DNA of 64,000 bases from Cenococcum geophilum (lineage: Eukaryota), in assembly GCA_050273025.1 (NCBI GenBank), contig CP158635.1, positions 12,586,001 through 12,650,000 of the forward strand, read 5' to 3'. Position numbers and translations under genes: made by a program. How positions within the stretch are numbered: position 1 is the stretch's first letter; every line of letters begins with the position of its first letter. Below are positions 1-12,820 of this stretch, in pieces. The notes beneath the pieces were generated by a model, which searched no databases, was not told the DNA's origin, and saw only the letters and a program-made list of their open reading frames with translations.

Positions 1-592
1 ATACGTAATGTACGTGTTGTACGTATTATACGTACGTTCCCTTTATACAGTTAGACGACAAAAGTCTGTATGCACACCCTAAAACCCCGCCAAAACTAGC
101 CAAAAGTTACCCTTTTTACCTTTAATTTTCTTTACTACTATACTATAATAAAATATATAAAATTTAATTTATATATAAAATAAAAATTTATAAAAGCTAG
201 AAGTTAAACTTTTAATAATTTTACTCTTTTGCCAAGAAATTTCTTAGCAAGACTAAAAAAATTAAAGTCTTTTAACTTCTAGCTTCTATAACTTTTTAAT
301 TTCTTAAAAAAAAAAAAAATTTATTTTTAATTATTATAGTGTAGTAGGAAAAAAAATTAAAAGGTAAAAAGGGTAACTTTTAGCTAATTTCGGTGGGGTT
401 TTAGGTGTGCACACAGACTTTTGGCTTAGATGTATACTACATACACTGCGTATAACGTTATATAACCTTAGTTACTATTCCTCATTATATAGCTCTATCG
501 GCTCCATTCTAGACCGTGCCTATATTAACTAACTAGCTTCTTCTAACTCTTCTCCAAGTAGTCGTAATATTATACTTAAAGCGTCTGTAATA
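1..592 (-). repeat. Partial LTR of gypsy family A (runs off the window start), interrupted by a MITE
   Basis: 470-592 matches the family-A LTR segment at 23370-23491 and 30958-31077 (ttactattcctc...aactagcttcttctaactcttct...acttaaagcgt..gtaata). Bases 1-47 resemble the reverse complement of the A2 LTR near 12565-12600. Confidence 0.8.
48..432. mobile_element. Fold-back MITE, probably Tc1/mariner-type (TA TSD)
   Basis: Nearly the whole element is an imperfect inverted repeat: caaaagtctgtatgcacaccctaaaaccccgcc...aaaagttaccctttttaccttt versus aaaggtaaaaagggtaacttt...ggtggggttttaggtgtgcacacagacttttg. The centre is aagaaatttctt (~234-245). TA flanks at 46-47 and 433-434. No ORF. Confidence 0.8.
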
Positions 593-1346
593 ATAAAGAC
601 CCCTTTAAGGTATAAAACGCCTATTTTAATTATAAAAGCCTAAATATAAAAATAACAGAGATCTTTTTGGCCTTTTAGACCTACTTTTTATATCTAGCTA
701 GCTAAGTCTAAATTCCCTATAAAGACCTAATACTAAACCTCTTTAATAAGCTTACCCTAAACCTATAGCGCGCTATACTACTAGTTTTTACTACTATATA
801 GACGCTAAAGGTACTTACGGACTACTACCTAGCTATTAATTAAGGCCTTTATTAAATTAAGGTATAAGCTAAGCGGTATAAATCTAGAAACTCTTTAAGT
901 TAAATTATAAGCACTTTAAAAACAGCCTATAGTGCCCTAGTATAATCTATAACTTTTATAGTACTAGGTATATAGCTTATTATTAATCTAGTAGCTAGCT
1001 ATATAGCTAGTCCTACTATAGGCCTAGTGTATACTTAGCCTATATATAGCGACCCCTATAAATAGACTCTTAGTAATTAAGGAGCTTGCTTTTTATATAG
1101 CTAAAAGGACTATTTTACTAAAGACTACTAGATAAAGGTAAAATTAGATAAGATTCTATTAATTTAAGAGGACGGCATAGAGTTAGAAAAAGAAAAACTT
1201 TAGAGAAAGACTCCTGTTTAGGATTAAAAGGGATTAATATATTATATATTAATCTAGGCTAGCTAATTAGTAAAAAAAGCTATACTATCCTTTATACTTT
1301 ATTCTATAATAAATACTAAGTTTTAACTTCTACTTTAGCTAACCCT
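593..1346 (+). pseudogene. gag: RIP-degraded gypsy gag fragment with CCHC zinc knuckle
   Basis: Restored reading DPFKVQNARFDYKSLNMK..FSAFQTRFLHLAG.., knuckle GACFSCGQKGHFAKDC at ~1081-1130, and an ESGKEEP*-like gag end at ~1180-1203. Many TAA/TAG stops. Confidence 0.7.
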
Positions 1347-1940
1347 TATTACGGACCTTATATTAGCAGTAGTATAACTACTAAGAAGATATAGTACAGA
1401 AGGCGCTAGAACTAATTAAGTTATAAAATAAGGGGTAGCTAAGTTATATAGCTAGTTATATTATAAGTTTAGAATATAAAAATATAGAAATATGGGAATA
1501 TAAAAATATAGGAATATGGGAATATAGAAATATAGGAATATGGAAATATAGAAATATAGAAATATAGGAATATAAAAATATAGGAATATGGGAATATAAA
1601 AATATAGGAATATGGAAATATAGAAATATAGGAATATAGGAATATAAAAATATAGGAATATGGGAATATAGAAATATAGGAATATGGGAATATAGAAATA
1701 TAGGATATACTAACATACAGCGTACTTAGTATATTTCGTAGACGTAGTATTAAATACTTAAAGGACTATAGTCCCTACCTAGATAGTTCTCTTCTTTATA
1801 GTAAATCTTAGAATATAATTAGAGTTACTCTATTAGATAACCTACTCTACTAGTTATATTTATATTGTTAACTATTATATACCTATATACCTAGCCTATT
1901 AATAAGTCTACCGTGGTATTTCCTATAAGGCTTTATTCTA
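1347..1940 (+). repeat. 5' LTR of A1 with divergent U3
   Basis: Starts tattacgg (RIP form of TGTTACGG). The 3' half (aaggactatagtccctacctagatagttc...cctataaggct) matches the A2 and A3 LTRs; the 5' half differs. Confidence 0.75.
1472..1706. repeat. 8-bp minisatellite (RRAATATR, e.g. GGAATATA) in the A1 LTR
   Basis: About 29 tandem units of ggaatata/gaaatata/ggaatatg. It produces the spurious ORF 1456..1716. Confidence 0.9.
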
Positions 1941-3645
1941 TATTTACTACTAAGGTTATAGTAAAGGAAGTTAAATAACATGCTGCCTAAAGCACTAGTT
2001 ATAACGCCATTTATAGTAGTAACTACTTTAGGATTTAGAGGAGATACTAGCATGCGGGACAATAACTTAGCAGTAGTTATAATAAATTAGCTTAGGAGTG
2101 TTATAGAGTAGAATAACGCTAATAATATAGTACTGCTATAGTAGCTCTAGGATAAAAAAAAAGAAAGGATTAAGATACTATTAATTAAAAGATTCTTAGG
2201 AGAAAAGTATAAGCTTAAGGAATTCCTTGCGTAAATAAAATTGAAGATTTAATATAAAGGAACTAAACTAGTAAAATTAGTAGACTAAGTAGCGTATATA
2301 GGACTATTCTTAATAGGTAGGGCATTAAAGTAGTTTTAACCCTATTTAATAGAGATATAAGCTAATAGACTAGCAACTACTAACCTAGAAGTATAGTATA
2401 TATTTATAAGCTAAGAAGTATTCACTAGTAGACTTATATAAATATATAGAGACCTAAAATTAATAGTAACAGCTAAAGGGAAGCTATATTAACTTATATA
2501 GAAGGGGGTTAGCAATAAGACTATATAACGCAGTTCTAAATACTAATAGCGTAAACTATGTAGAGCTAAGGAGCGCTAATAGTATAGTATAGATAAGGTC
2601 TAAAGGCTAAGGTCTAGGCTATAATAATACTAATATATAACCTAAGCAATATAAGAGAACTAATTAAGTAAGCGATTAAGGTTAATAACCGGCTATATTA
2701 AAGTAAGAAGTTAAGTAGAATATAGATAGGACCAGTGCATATAAAGAAGATATAATAGATGTTTAAACTATAGTATAGCGCAGAGTTAAAAGACCTAAGT
2801 AGTATTAGAGAAGTAAGATAATAAAATAAAAATCTATAAAAATCTAAAGAACAAAAATTAAATAATTAAAGGTTTAAGAAGTAAAGGCTAAACCAGGGAT
2901 TTTAGTAATAGAAGACGTTTAGGCGGACTCTATAGCAAGAAAAGTAGTATAAAAAGAAAGCTTATAAAAATTGCGGAAAATAAGGTTATTTCGCTAAAGA
3001 CTATAAAGGTGGTTAAAATAACCACATAGTAAAGGGAACTAGACTAGTAGACAATATATATATATATAAAGGGACGATAATATACTACAAGAAACAAAAG
3101 AGTATTTAATTAGAAGTTTTGCGTTTTAATACAATAACATATACTAAGTTTATAAAGACGCTAAGTATAGCGTAAGCTATTAGCTATAAAAGCCTAAGTT
3201 AAAAGGACTCTAAAGCATAAAAGAGTTAGATAAAGATTAATATTAACTCTATAAACTAAATTAGGACTAAGATGGTATATTTAGCTAGTAGTTAGCAGAG
3301 AAAGTTTTTATATACCAGTTTTACCAAGTAATATAATCTAAGGATTAAGACGATTAGACTATTAGTAGCGACGATTTAAAAAAAAGGTAACTTACTAGGA
3401 GTACGTAGATCTTAAGGACATAATAATAAAGGTAGAGGTTAAATCTACTATAGAGAAGGGATTTGCAATAGGCGTTAAAACTCTATTAGATACGGTATCT
3501 ATCGCTTTATAAGACGTAAGAAAAGTAGGATAGTAAGTTACTTTGGCATTTAATAAAGGTAAAAGGCCAAAACTCTAAGATTCTTAAGACGAGATAGCTT
3601 AAGAGCCTATAACGGACGATAACTAATAAAAAAGAGTACTAGCTT

Positions 3646-3846
3646 TGTTGGGAATAGGGCAAATTGCCGCCATGTAAGGCAAATTGCCGTCACGTAAGGC
3701 AAGTTGCCGTCACGTGTCGCCGCGGCACTACCGTAGCGAGGAACCTTAAGTTCCTCGACCCTTACCCCTATCTATAAAAATAAGAACAACAACCATCATA
3801 CTATCTACGAACCGTAGCTACGTGATATCCCCTTATAAGTCCAATA
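3646..3846 (+). repeat. 5' LTR of copia 1
   Basis: Near-identical to 9422-9622. Contains three copies of ggcaa(a/g)ttgccg.ca.gt. Confidence 0.95.
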
Positions 3847-4199
3847 CTAATTAGTGGTTAACTTTACAGTTATGCCACAGAACAGCTAGGTATTTACTAA
3901 GAAGAGACGAGCCACTGTACCAGTGCTACTTGTGCTAAGGGAAGCTGTTTTTTAAGGTCAGAACTGGTCCTAAACCTTAAATAGAACTCTTCTATAAATC
4001 CAAGGATCTAAAGGCTAGAACTAGTCCTAAGCCTTCCCTAGATTATAGATTCTTGCGTCTATCACGTAGAATAATACGCTTTACGAGTCTTCGCGATTTA
4101 AGGCTAGAACTGGTTTTAAGCCCTATAATCGCAAATATATATTACAAACGCGTACTAAACGACAATCCCTATACCACTAATATTCCCTTCCTCCGAAGA

Positions 4200-7100
4200 T
4201 ATAACTATGGCCACTCTAAACAACTAGAGAGACTCCTTATTACTAGGGGTAGCTATATACGCGAAACTTATTAATAAAGATTAGGACGCATTTACCTTTA
4301 ATATAATAACCTATACCGTAAAATAAGTTAATAGCTTTCTCCTATACCATATTTTATTCTACCAAGATAGCTACTACGCCAATTTATAGTTATGGGAATA
4401 CTCTAGGGAGGATTTTATAGGATAGACCGCCGACACCTAGGCACTTAGCAATATTAATATTATTTAGAATTTTTAAGACTCCCTCCAAAGGAATAGGGTG
4501 TATATTACTAAGGACGGTAACCTAATTACTAGTAATATTTACGCCGTTCTTACTAGTATAGAAGAACCAGTATAGACGGAAGCTAAGATTATATATTAAC
4601 TATAAAAACCTAAAACCAATCTATATTCTTTAGAAGGCAACTTTAATTCGGAACGAAACCCCTAGAATACTACTCTCCCACCTAGAGGTACTCTACCACC
4701 TAGAGGTACTTTTCCTCTATTTTTACTACCTTTAACTCCTCTATCCCAGCCAACCAATAAGCCTCTATTTTGAGAAGTTATAAATTTAATAAAGGTATAT
4801 TTAAACAAAGAGAAGAAGTTTAAAGGAGAATTGTATAATATGCTTAAAGCAAAACTATAGGTCTTTTATAACTGCTGTAACAAGGTCAGAATTTAACGCC
4901 ACTAGTTCTATTATACTTTCTCTATTATATTAAAGGGACGGGCGGCGACGTTCTATTACGACTATATTATAGGTAAAAACTATAGCTTTAATATAATGCT
5001 TTAGCTTACTAAAGCCCACTTTAAAACTAATAAGAACCGCTAACTCTATATATCCAAATAGCGGGAGACTATATTCTAGAAAGTTATCGCTTTTAACCCA
5101 ATAATAACTCGCCTAGAGTGCCTTTAACTACTCTTTAATAAACTCTAGAAAATCTAACGCGGACTTACCAAAACTTACCAAAATAAGAACAGCCTAAGGG
5201 ACTAGGTTATCTTAGCATGCCGTAGCGTTCCTAAGTGCAACTTAGCGCTATATAAACCTATAGACACGTTTAAAGGAGTATATACCAAGCTACGCTCCGC
5301 CGTAGGTACTGCAATGCGAACATAAGAATCTCAACAGCTCTATATTAAAAGCCCTACCCAACCAAGCGTTCCCAACTAATACGATTATAACTAGACTAAT
5401 TAAATATATGGCGGCCGTAGTAGGGAATACGGCAAAGGGTATAATTAATGTCGACTATAAGGTAATTATAGAGGTCCTTATAGAGGTTTATTTCGAAGTA
5501 ATTGCTAAAAGAAGTACTATATTTGTAAGAAGCTAAATTGCTAGTTAACTAGACACTCCCTTAATAAGCAAAAAGAGGCATATAACAAGTTCCGTTAAAG
5601 TATAAGAAATGTTAGAAATCGTAAGGTTACTACAGCCTACTTTTAAAGCTTCCTAGTTTAATACAAAGGCGTAGAAGACCTTAAGGGTAAGGTTAATAAG
5701 ACCGAACAGCTCCTTATAGATATAGAAATTGAGGACTACTTACCTAACCAATACTTTACTGAGTATAGTAAGGTAAATGGCACATAAACCGTTGCTGTTC
5801 TTAATAACTAATCTACGCTCTATTTTATTATAAAGTTAGATATCTTTAACGAGCTAAAGAAGAGCTCCGCGTTTTTCTTTAACAACAAATACTCGGCGAA
5901 TGTCTTCTATAGTATTATGCCGGATACTAGAGCCGCAGGAGTATCTATAGTAGGAGAACCTTAAGTTCAAGCCCTTTAGCAGCTTAATAGCTCTGTTTAG
6001 ATTAACTATTTAACGGCAGGCTAACACACGATTTGTTTTAGCAAAGGTACTATAATCTCTCTTAGCACAATTAGGGTTTAAACCCCTTTAGGGTATATTA
6101 CTTTTTACGTTGTTCCCACAAACACCCCATTTCTATTTTGCATTAGAGATATAAATAAACTGGGCGTTAAGCTTAATAACCTTAAGAATATACTCGTGCA
6201 GGGAGATAATTAGGTGCCTATTATACGTAAGTAGGGTTACCCTTAGCTGCTCCTTTAATAACCAGAAAAGAGTGTTGCTTAAAGCTATTTAACTAAGTTA
6301 GAGTTACGCCAACTACACCGTCGTTTTGGTCACCTATTAGTTTACCAATTACTTAGGGTTCTTTAGCGAGTAGGCTATAAAGTTAAGGTTAAGGCAATTA
6401 AGCATCTTATAAAATACTGCTACCACTACCAAATAAACCAGAGGTCCCCTAGCCGATTTAAGTTTACCCTTAAAGATAACTACGACTTTAACTTCTATAT
6501 TATCGTCGACGTTATATACCTTAGCGGCAAGCCAGTACTCTAAGTTGTTAACTTCTTAACCTCCTTCTAAGCCGCACGATTCTTAAAGGATATATCAGCT
6601 AGGAATACATGGGATACCCTTCAGTTATGCTAGATTAATATCTACCTAGGACCCCCTAATTAAATCATCCACAACATAGGAAAGAACTTCTTATCTATAG
6701 AGTTCCGACAATAAATAAAGGCAATAGCAATTAAGGTTAAGGAAGTCCCTATTAAGGCATATAATAGTATTAAAAAAGTAAAGCGATATCACACGCCATT
6801 ATGCCGCGCATATAAGATTATTTCTTTAAAACTAAAGGACGCTAGCGAAGAACTTACCTTGCAAATAGCTGTTAAAGCTATTAACAATTCCGCTAGCCCG
6901 GATGGACTTGTACCTACATTACTAGTCTTTAGCGCCTACCCACGAATAACTAACGATTCTCCACTATCTCCCTCTATTATATAACGAGCTAAGGCGATTC
7001 GTAAGGTAATAAAGGAGGTATAACGCCTCTATGCCACACGCCAGGTTAATAACGTACTAAGAATAAGAAATGGCCCAAATACCTTAACTGCGCTTAATCT

Positions 7101-9090
7101 ACCACTCTAGTCTAAAGTACGTGTATAACGTGAAAGGGGAGGATAGTTAGGCCCATATTAACTTATTACAATTAATAGTTAAACTTGCACTATTTAGATG
7201 CCTTACGGACCTACCTAATTCCGTTTAACTGTTATTAAGCCTTACTATAAAGATGACAATTCTAAGCCTTTACAGGATACCCTAGAAGATGCCTTAGAAG
7301 AGAACCACAACCAACATGCTCTAGAAGGCGACTATAATCCTAATACAATTATAGTAGATACGCCATAACTACGACGCGGTAGAGGTCGCCCGAAGGGATT
7401 ATAAAATCACTAATACCTTATTAATTTTAAAGAACAATTTATTGCCGCCATTAAGAATAAAGTTGAGTTATTAATAGCCTTTATAACAGCTAAAGAGAAG
7501 GCTAACTTTAAGCTCGCAAAACAGCTCCAAAAGGAAAGTCGTATTATAACCCTAAGAGCTCCTTTCTAAGCATCCGACAAGCAGGAGATCGACGGTCTTA
7601 TTATAAGAGGAGTCTTTAAATTCGAGAAGTATAACCCTACTAAGTTTAATAGAATTCGCATCTTTAAGTTAAGAATAGTTAACAAGATTAAGGGTAAAGC
7701 TACTAACGCCCCATTTAAGAAATCAAGGCTTGTCATCTAAGGTTATAACAATAATAGTAAGGAGGTAATTCTTACGCAATCTCCTACGATATAACGAGCT
7801 AGTTAGCGAGTTATTGTTGCACTAGCTTCCTCCTTAATGAAAAACAGAATGGTAGTTTATTTACGAGATATTACTTAGGCCTATACCCAATCAGAGATGC
7901 GCCTTTAGTGCTTGATACTAGCATACCTTCTAGAGTAAATTCGCCACTAATATCCCGAAGATACAATTATGGTTGTGCTTAAGCCACTATATAGAATTAC
8001 AAAAGCAGGAACTTATTGGTGGGCTACCTATAGCAAGCACCATAAAGAAAAGCTTTTAATAACTACTTCTACATTTAATCCCTACTTCCTTATTATAACT
8101 ATAGAAACTCCATTTAGAATTGTCGGCATACAAACTAACAATATAATTATCTTAGGAGACGACTAATTCTTAGCTCTTAAAGAAGACGAGCTAGTAAAAG
8201 CAAATCTTATAGCAAAGCTAAAGGAAAAGCTTAGTTTAACAACACTATTACTCTTTAATAGATGCATCCTCTCCCTAAACGAGGATTCTATTGCTCTACG
8301 CTAAAAGGGTTAAGGTAAGAAGATCGACGTTATTAACGCTAATTCTCTAAAGCAAGGATACGTAGAGCAACGCGCTTGCGGAGCTTATATTGCTTCTATC
8401 TATTAACCCAAGGCTTTATTTAATCTCTTTATTGCCGCCTAATACCAGGAACTAACTAAGGATAATATCCTTACCCTAAATAAGCGTCTTTTCTAGCAAA
8501 TAAACTATCTTAATTGGGGACTACTCTACGTGCCTATTAATCTTCCTACCGCTAAGCTCTTTATATTTGTTAATAGATCGTTTATAAATAATAAAGATTT
8601 TAGCTCCTAGTTAGGATATAAGATTATTATCACAAACGAATTTACTAGAGAGAATAACTTTATAATCCATAGCAATCTTATCTATTAGAGCTCAACTAAG
8701 AGTAAGCGCGTTACCCAAAGTGTTTTGGCATTAGAGATATATAGAATAGTTAGCGGAGTTAATATAGCAATTGCAATTGGAACTACCCTAAAGATAATTA
8801 CAGATTAACTCAAACTTTCCGTTATTCCTATAATCGTATACACTAACTTATATTCCCTCTACAAGTGTTTAGTTAAGCTTGGTACCACAAAAGAGAAGCG
8901 CCTTATAATTAATATTATAGCACTTCGGCAATCCTATAAGCGTTAAAAACTCTTTAAGATTTAATAGATTAATGGCTAAGATAACCCGGCAGATATAATA
9001 ATAAAGGCGAACCTAAATAAGGCACTAGAGACGTTTATTAATATAAATACTCTACGTGTATGAGTTAAAGGTTAGGTTAAAAGAGAGTCC
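4200..9090 (+). pseudogene. pol: Copia gag-pol pseudogene
   Basis: Restored motifs: CYICKKPNCWSTRH (~5515), IMPDTGAAGVS (~5915), LRQLHRRFGH (~6304, read directly), KSRLVI (~7720), LKPLY..AGT.WWATY (ORF 7969), QTDD, VDGSF and KLGTTKEKRL (RNase H). Start approximate. Confidence 0.88.
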
Positions 9091-9223
9091 CTAGAAATTT
9101 CTTAGTTATATAAGGTCTTGAGATGTCTAGGAACTTTAACTAGTGGTTAAAGTTGTCTGATTAGTTAGATTCTCTTACTAAGACTTTTTGGAGCATAATA
9201 TTCTGCAGACCCTAACTTAATCC

Positions 9224-9270
9224 AGCCAATCAGGATTTTCCATCCCCGGGATGGAAAATCGCCATTGGCT
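9224..9270. other. Strong palindrome/hairpin in the 3' UTR of copia 1
   Basis: agccaat-cag-gattttccatccc-c-gggatggaaaatc-gcc-attggct: 13-bp perfect arms plus 7-bp outer arms. Confidence 0.85.
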
Positions 9271-9421
9271 TGCTTACTGCTAGCGCCTTGGCGGCCTACC
9301 CGTTTTCGCTAACTGCTGCATTATCGCATAGTATTTGGTCTTATTATACACTATCTAGTATCGTTGCATCCTGTCTATTTATATATATATAAATAGTAAC
9401 CACAAAAAGAAGAGTTGCTAG

Positions 9422-9622
9422 TGTTGGGAATAGGGTAAATTACCGCTATATAAGGCAAATTGCCGTCACGTGAGGCAAGTTGCCGTCACGTATTGCCGCG
9501 GCACTACCGTAGCGAGGAACCTTAAGTTCCTCGACTCTTACCCCTATCTATGAAAATAAGAACAACAACCATCATACTATCTACGAACCGTAGCTACGTG
9601 ATATCCCCTTGTAAGTCCAATA
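9422..9622 (+). repeat. 3' LTR of copia 1
   Basis: Matches the 5' LTR. Preceded by purine tract aaaaagaagag. Confidence 0.95.
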
Positions 9623-11089
9623 AGCTTAGTTTAAAGACAAATAAATAAGTATAGGATAATAATTCCCCATACTAGAAGTATAAGAGAGACTTTTATAGAA
9701 AAGAGATAAGAACCTAAATTTAGAGTAGGTATTAATCCCTATAGAAATAGAGGATATAGCTAAAGGGCGAGGCCGCTGAGTAGATAGAAAGACTTAATAT
9801 TCTTAAAATAAGATAAGAGAAATATAAGATTCTATAGAAAGGATAAGGACGTAAATAAGCTATTTAAGAAGATAGATTAAAGCAGAAAATAAGAAAGATT
9901 TAAAATCTAATATAGGGATAGAAACTCCAGGAAAAGGTAAATAAAGTTTTTAGACTTAGGGTTAAGTAAGTAATACTAAAATTATAAAGTTTAAGGATCT
10001 AAAGAATTTGATAGCTAGATATAAACTAGAAAAAGACTAAATATAATTTAAGAATTAAATTAAAGCATGGCAAGAATAAAGGGGTTACTATAGATTAAAA
10101 ATGCTGAGTAGATTAAGGGACAAAACGCCTTTATATAAAATTATTAATAGGCCTAAGGCAGGCACGCTAAGAGTAAAGTGACTTAAAGAACTAGAATAAG
10201 AAGAGGACTTAGAGATTTTAACTAGATTGAAAAAACGGCATTTAAAGGGCTATTATAATATAGCAATAATAAGATACTTTCTTATAGATATATCGTATAC
10301 GCTTATAAAATTGTACTAAAAGTGATCTAGATAGCGATATAACAACAAATAGGAAGATTTCTATATATAGCTAAATAAAAAAGTTATCTAAGACTAAATA
10401 ATTGCTAAAAGACGCATAAGTTATATTAAAGGAGCATTAATTATAATGTTTAGAAATCCAGAAGAAAGATTATAGGACTAGAGAAGTAAAAGGTAAATTT
10501 TAGTGCTAGTAAATAAGGAACTAATATATAGATTAACTAGATAGAGGTTTAAACTTAAGAATAAAAATAAACTAAGAGTTAACCTAAAGCGTCTAGTATA
10601 TAATATATTGGCATAGATCGCATATATAGATAACTAGTATAGTATATACTAAGCACTAAAGATAAAGAATAAGAAGTACCCTATAAATATATATTAGGCG
10701 CTAAATAAACAATAATATAGGAATGCTAAGTATATATATAGCTAGCATCTAGTAGAAATCTAAGGGAAAGGAGAATTAACCCTTTAACTAGGAAGATTTC
10801 TTATAGAAGAATACTTAGGTGGATAATAGTAGTAGGAATGCCTAGAGAATACGTGTCTATAGTATATTAAGGAAAAGAAATAAACTAAGTATTAATTAAA
10901 AACGGACTAAATATAAATAGGATCTAGTAGCTAATAGTTAGGAAAATAAGAGGCCTATAGGACCTAAGGGAGCTAGTAGTAGAGCCTTAGACCCTTAAAG
11001 GAATTTAAAAACAATACCTAAATTTATAAGTTAAGTAGTAAGATTAATAGTTTAAAGTACTAATAGACAATAGAGCAATAAGGAACTAT

Positions 11090-12174
11090 CATTGGCAAAA
11101 TATTATCCTTTATTCATGGCCTTAATGGCCGGTCGTTAGCGCAATTGGCGCGTAGTTAAGGGCATTTAGCAACTCGACCGACTAGCCTATGTCGTGTTTT
11201 TTGACACGCAGCCTACGCGTAGCCTATGCGCAACCTACTGTTATAGAGTAAGTATAAGTAACAATAATATATAACGAGGTAGATATTATTAAGCTATATA
11301 CATAAACTATATAATAAGGTCAAGACGTTGCGTAAGGAAAAAAGGTAGGAAAACGGGAAGAAAGAATATACTACTTATTTATATCTACCTACCTATTAGC
11401 ATCTTTTTGCCTATCTATATTTGCTTACCAATCTATATTTGCTTACCAATCTATATTTACTTACCTATCTATATTTACTTACCTATCTATATTTACCTAT
11501 TTATCTATATTTGCCTACCTATCTATACTACCTTAATTTAATTAATTAATTAAATCGTTTATAGTATTTACTGGCTAGTTGTTATTGTCTAGCTCTAGCA
11601 ACGGTCGTCTAGTTCTAGTAATAGTCGTCTAGTTTTAGCGACGATTGTTTAGTTCTGGCAACGATTGTCTAGCGGTAGCGACAGTTATCTAGTTCTAGTA
11701 ATAGTCCTCTACTAGCTACCGTTTTAATACTTCCCTAAGCAAAAAGGATATAAAAAAGGAAGGGTAAAAAAGGGCAAAGGTATATATAGAGACTATTGGA
11801 AATATAGCGGGGACCTAATATAGAGCTTTATATAGAGCTTTATATAAGGCTTTATATAGAGCCTTTAAGTAACAAAACTATATAAGATTGTATAAGATTA
11901 TATATAACAGTTAAATATATTATAAGCTAGTATACTATAGGCTAAGAAAACAGTAAAAGTTAATTTAGGTAATTGGCATATAACTTAAAAATAATATATT
12001 ATATTACCTAAATTACATATTAAGGAATATATAGTTAACTTTTAAAGTTATTAAATTGGCTAACTACGTATTATTTAACCTTTAAATATATTAAGTTGGT
12101 TAATTGTGTATTAATACGCGAAACGCGCTAAATAAAGTCTACTTAAATCTTAGCCTGCGAATATTTCCCCAATA
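11090..12174. mobile_element. Non-autonomous TIR element (1085 bp) with internal minisatellites, inserted in the A1 protease
   Basis: Ends cattggcaaaatatt and aatatttccccaata form a 15-bp imperfect TIR. Removing the insert and one AT restores aactatatattattagcag, collinear with the uninterrupted copies near 16686 and 27430-27448. Confidence 0.75.
11410..11866. repeat. Three tandem arrays: 18-mer (ctatatttgcttaccaat) ~6x, 20-mer (ctagttctagcaacgattgt) ~6x, 12-mer (tatagagcttta) ~4x
   Basis: Read directly at ~11410-11526, ~11589-11705 and ~11818-11866. Confidence 0.85.
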
Positions 12175-12401
12175 ATATATTATTAGCAGTAGTTAAAAGG
12201 ATAGGACTACTATATAGGTAGAAAAGGCACCTATATCCGTTAGTTATAATTCTAGAAAATCTAATAGCCTATAGAGAAGGTATTATTAACCTTAAAATAG
12301 GACCTATTTAGATAACTATTAAAGGGAGACTAATTAAAATGTCTTTTAATATCCTACTATTAGGACGAGATAAGGCAGTACTAGAAATACTTTAGTTATA
12401 G

Positions 12402-12820
12402 TATTACGGACGCTTTAAGTACAATGTTATAACTACTAGGAGAGGAGTTAGAAGAAGCTAGTTGGTTAATATAGGTATAGTCTAGGATGGAACCGGTTAA
12501 GCTATATAACGAGGAATAGTAGCTAAGGTTATATAATATGCTATATATTAAACAAGAGGAACGGGAGGAACTTACGTACCTTATGTACCACGCGTATATT
12601 ATATATAAGGAGGATTTCTTAGAAGTACGGTTGTGTATTTAAAGGACTATAGTCCCTACTTAGATAGTTCTCTCCTTATAGTAAATCTTAAAATATAATT
12701 AGAGTTAATCTATTAGGCAACTACTCCACTAATTATTATTACGTTATTAACTTCTTATTTACCTATATACCCGGCCTATTAATAAGTCTACTATAGTTCC
12801 TACTACAAGGCTTCGTTATA
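12402..12820 (+). repeat. 5' LTR of A2
   Basis: tattacgg...cgttata termini. Matches the reverse complement of 30658-31077 except in the central U3 repeat zone. Confidence 0.88.

Larger units (their letters stand above)
3646..9622 (+). mobile_element. Full-length Ty1/copia retrotransposon, GalEa-like, RIP-mutated
   Basis: 201-bp LTRs at 3646-3846 and 9422-9622 (TGTTGGG...CCAATA). 5-bp TSD AGCTT at 3641-3645 and 9623-9627. Domain order PR-IN-RT-RH. ctaattagt right after the 5' LTR is the RIP form of CTGATCAGT, recalled as the hairpin site of fungal GalEa elements. Confidence 0.92.
1347..12401 (+). mobile_element. Gypsy family A copy A1: 5' LTR, gag and start of protease. Interrupted by a copia and a TIR element, truncated by copy A2
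   Basis: LTR 1347-1940, gag ATG at 1980, knuckle (restored CxxCGKQGHFAKDC) at ~2960-3005, protease motif (restored LIDSGA) at ~11060-11080. Collinear with A2 and A3. Confidence 0.8.

Noticed and set aside
1456..1716. 86-aa repetitive ORF (IPIFLYSH)n
   Set aside because: It is the translation of the 8-bp LTR minisatellite.
11410..11705. CRISPR-like repeat arrays
   Set aside because: The units are directly tandem with no unique spacers, and the context is eukaryotic.
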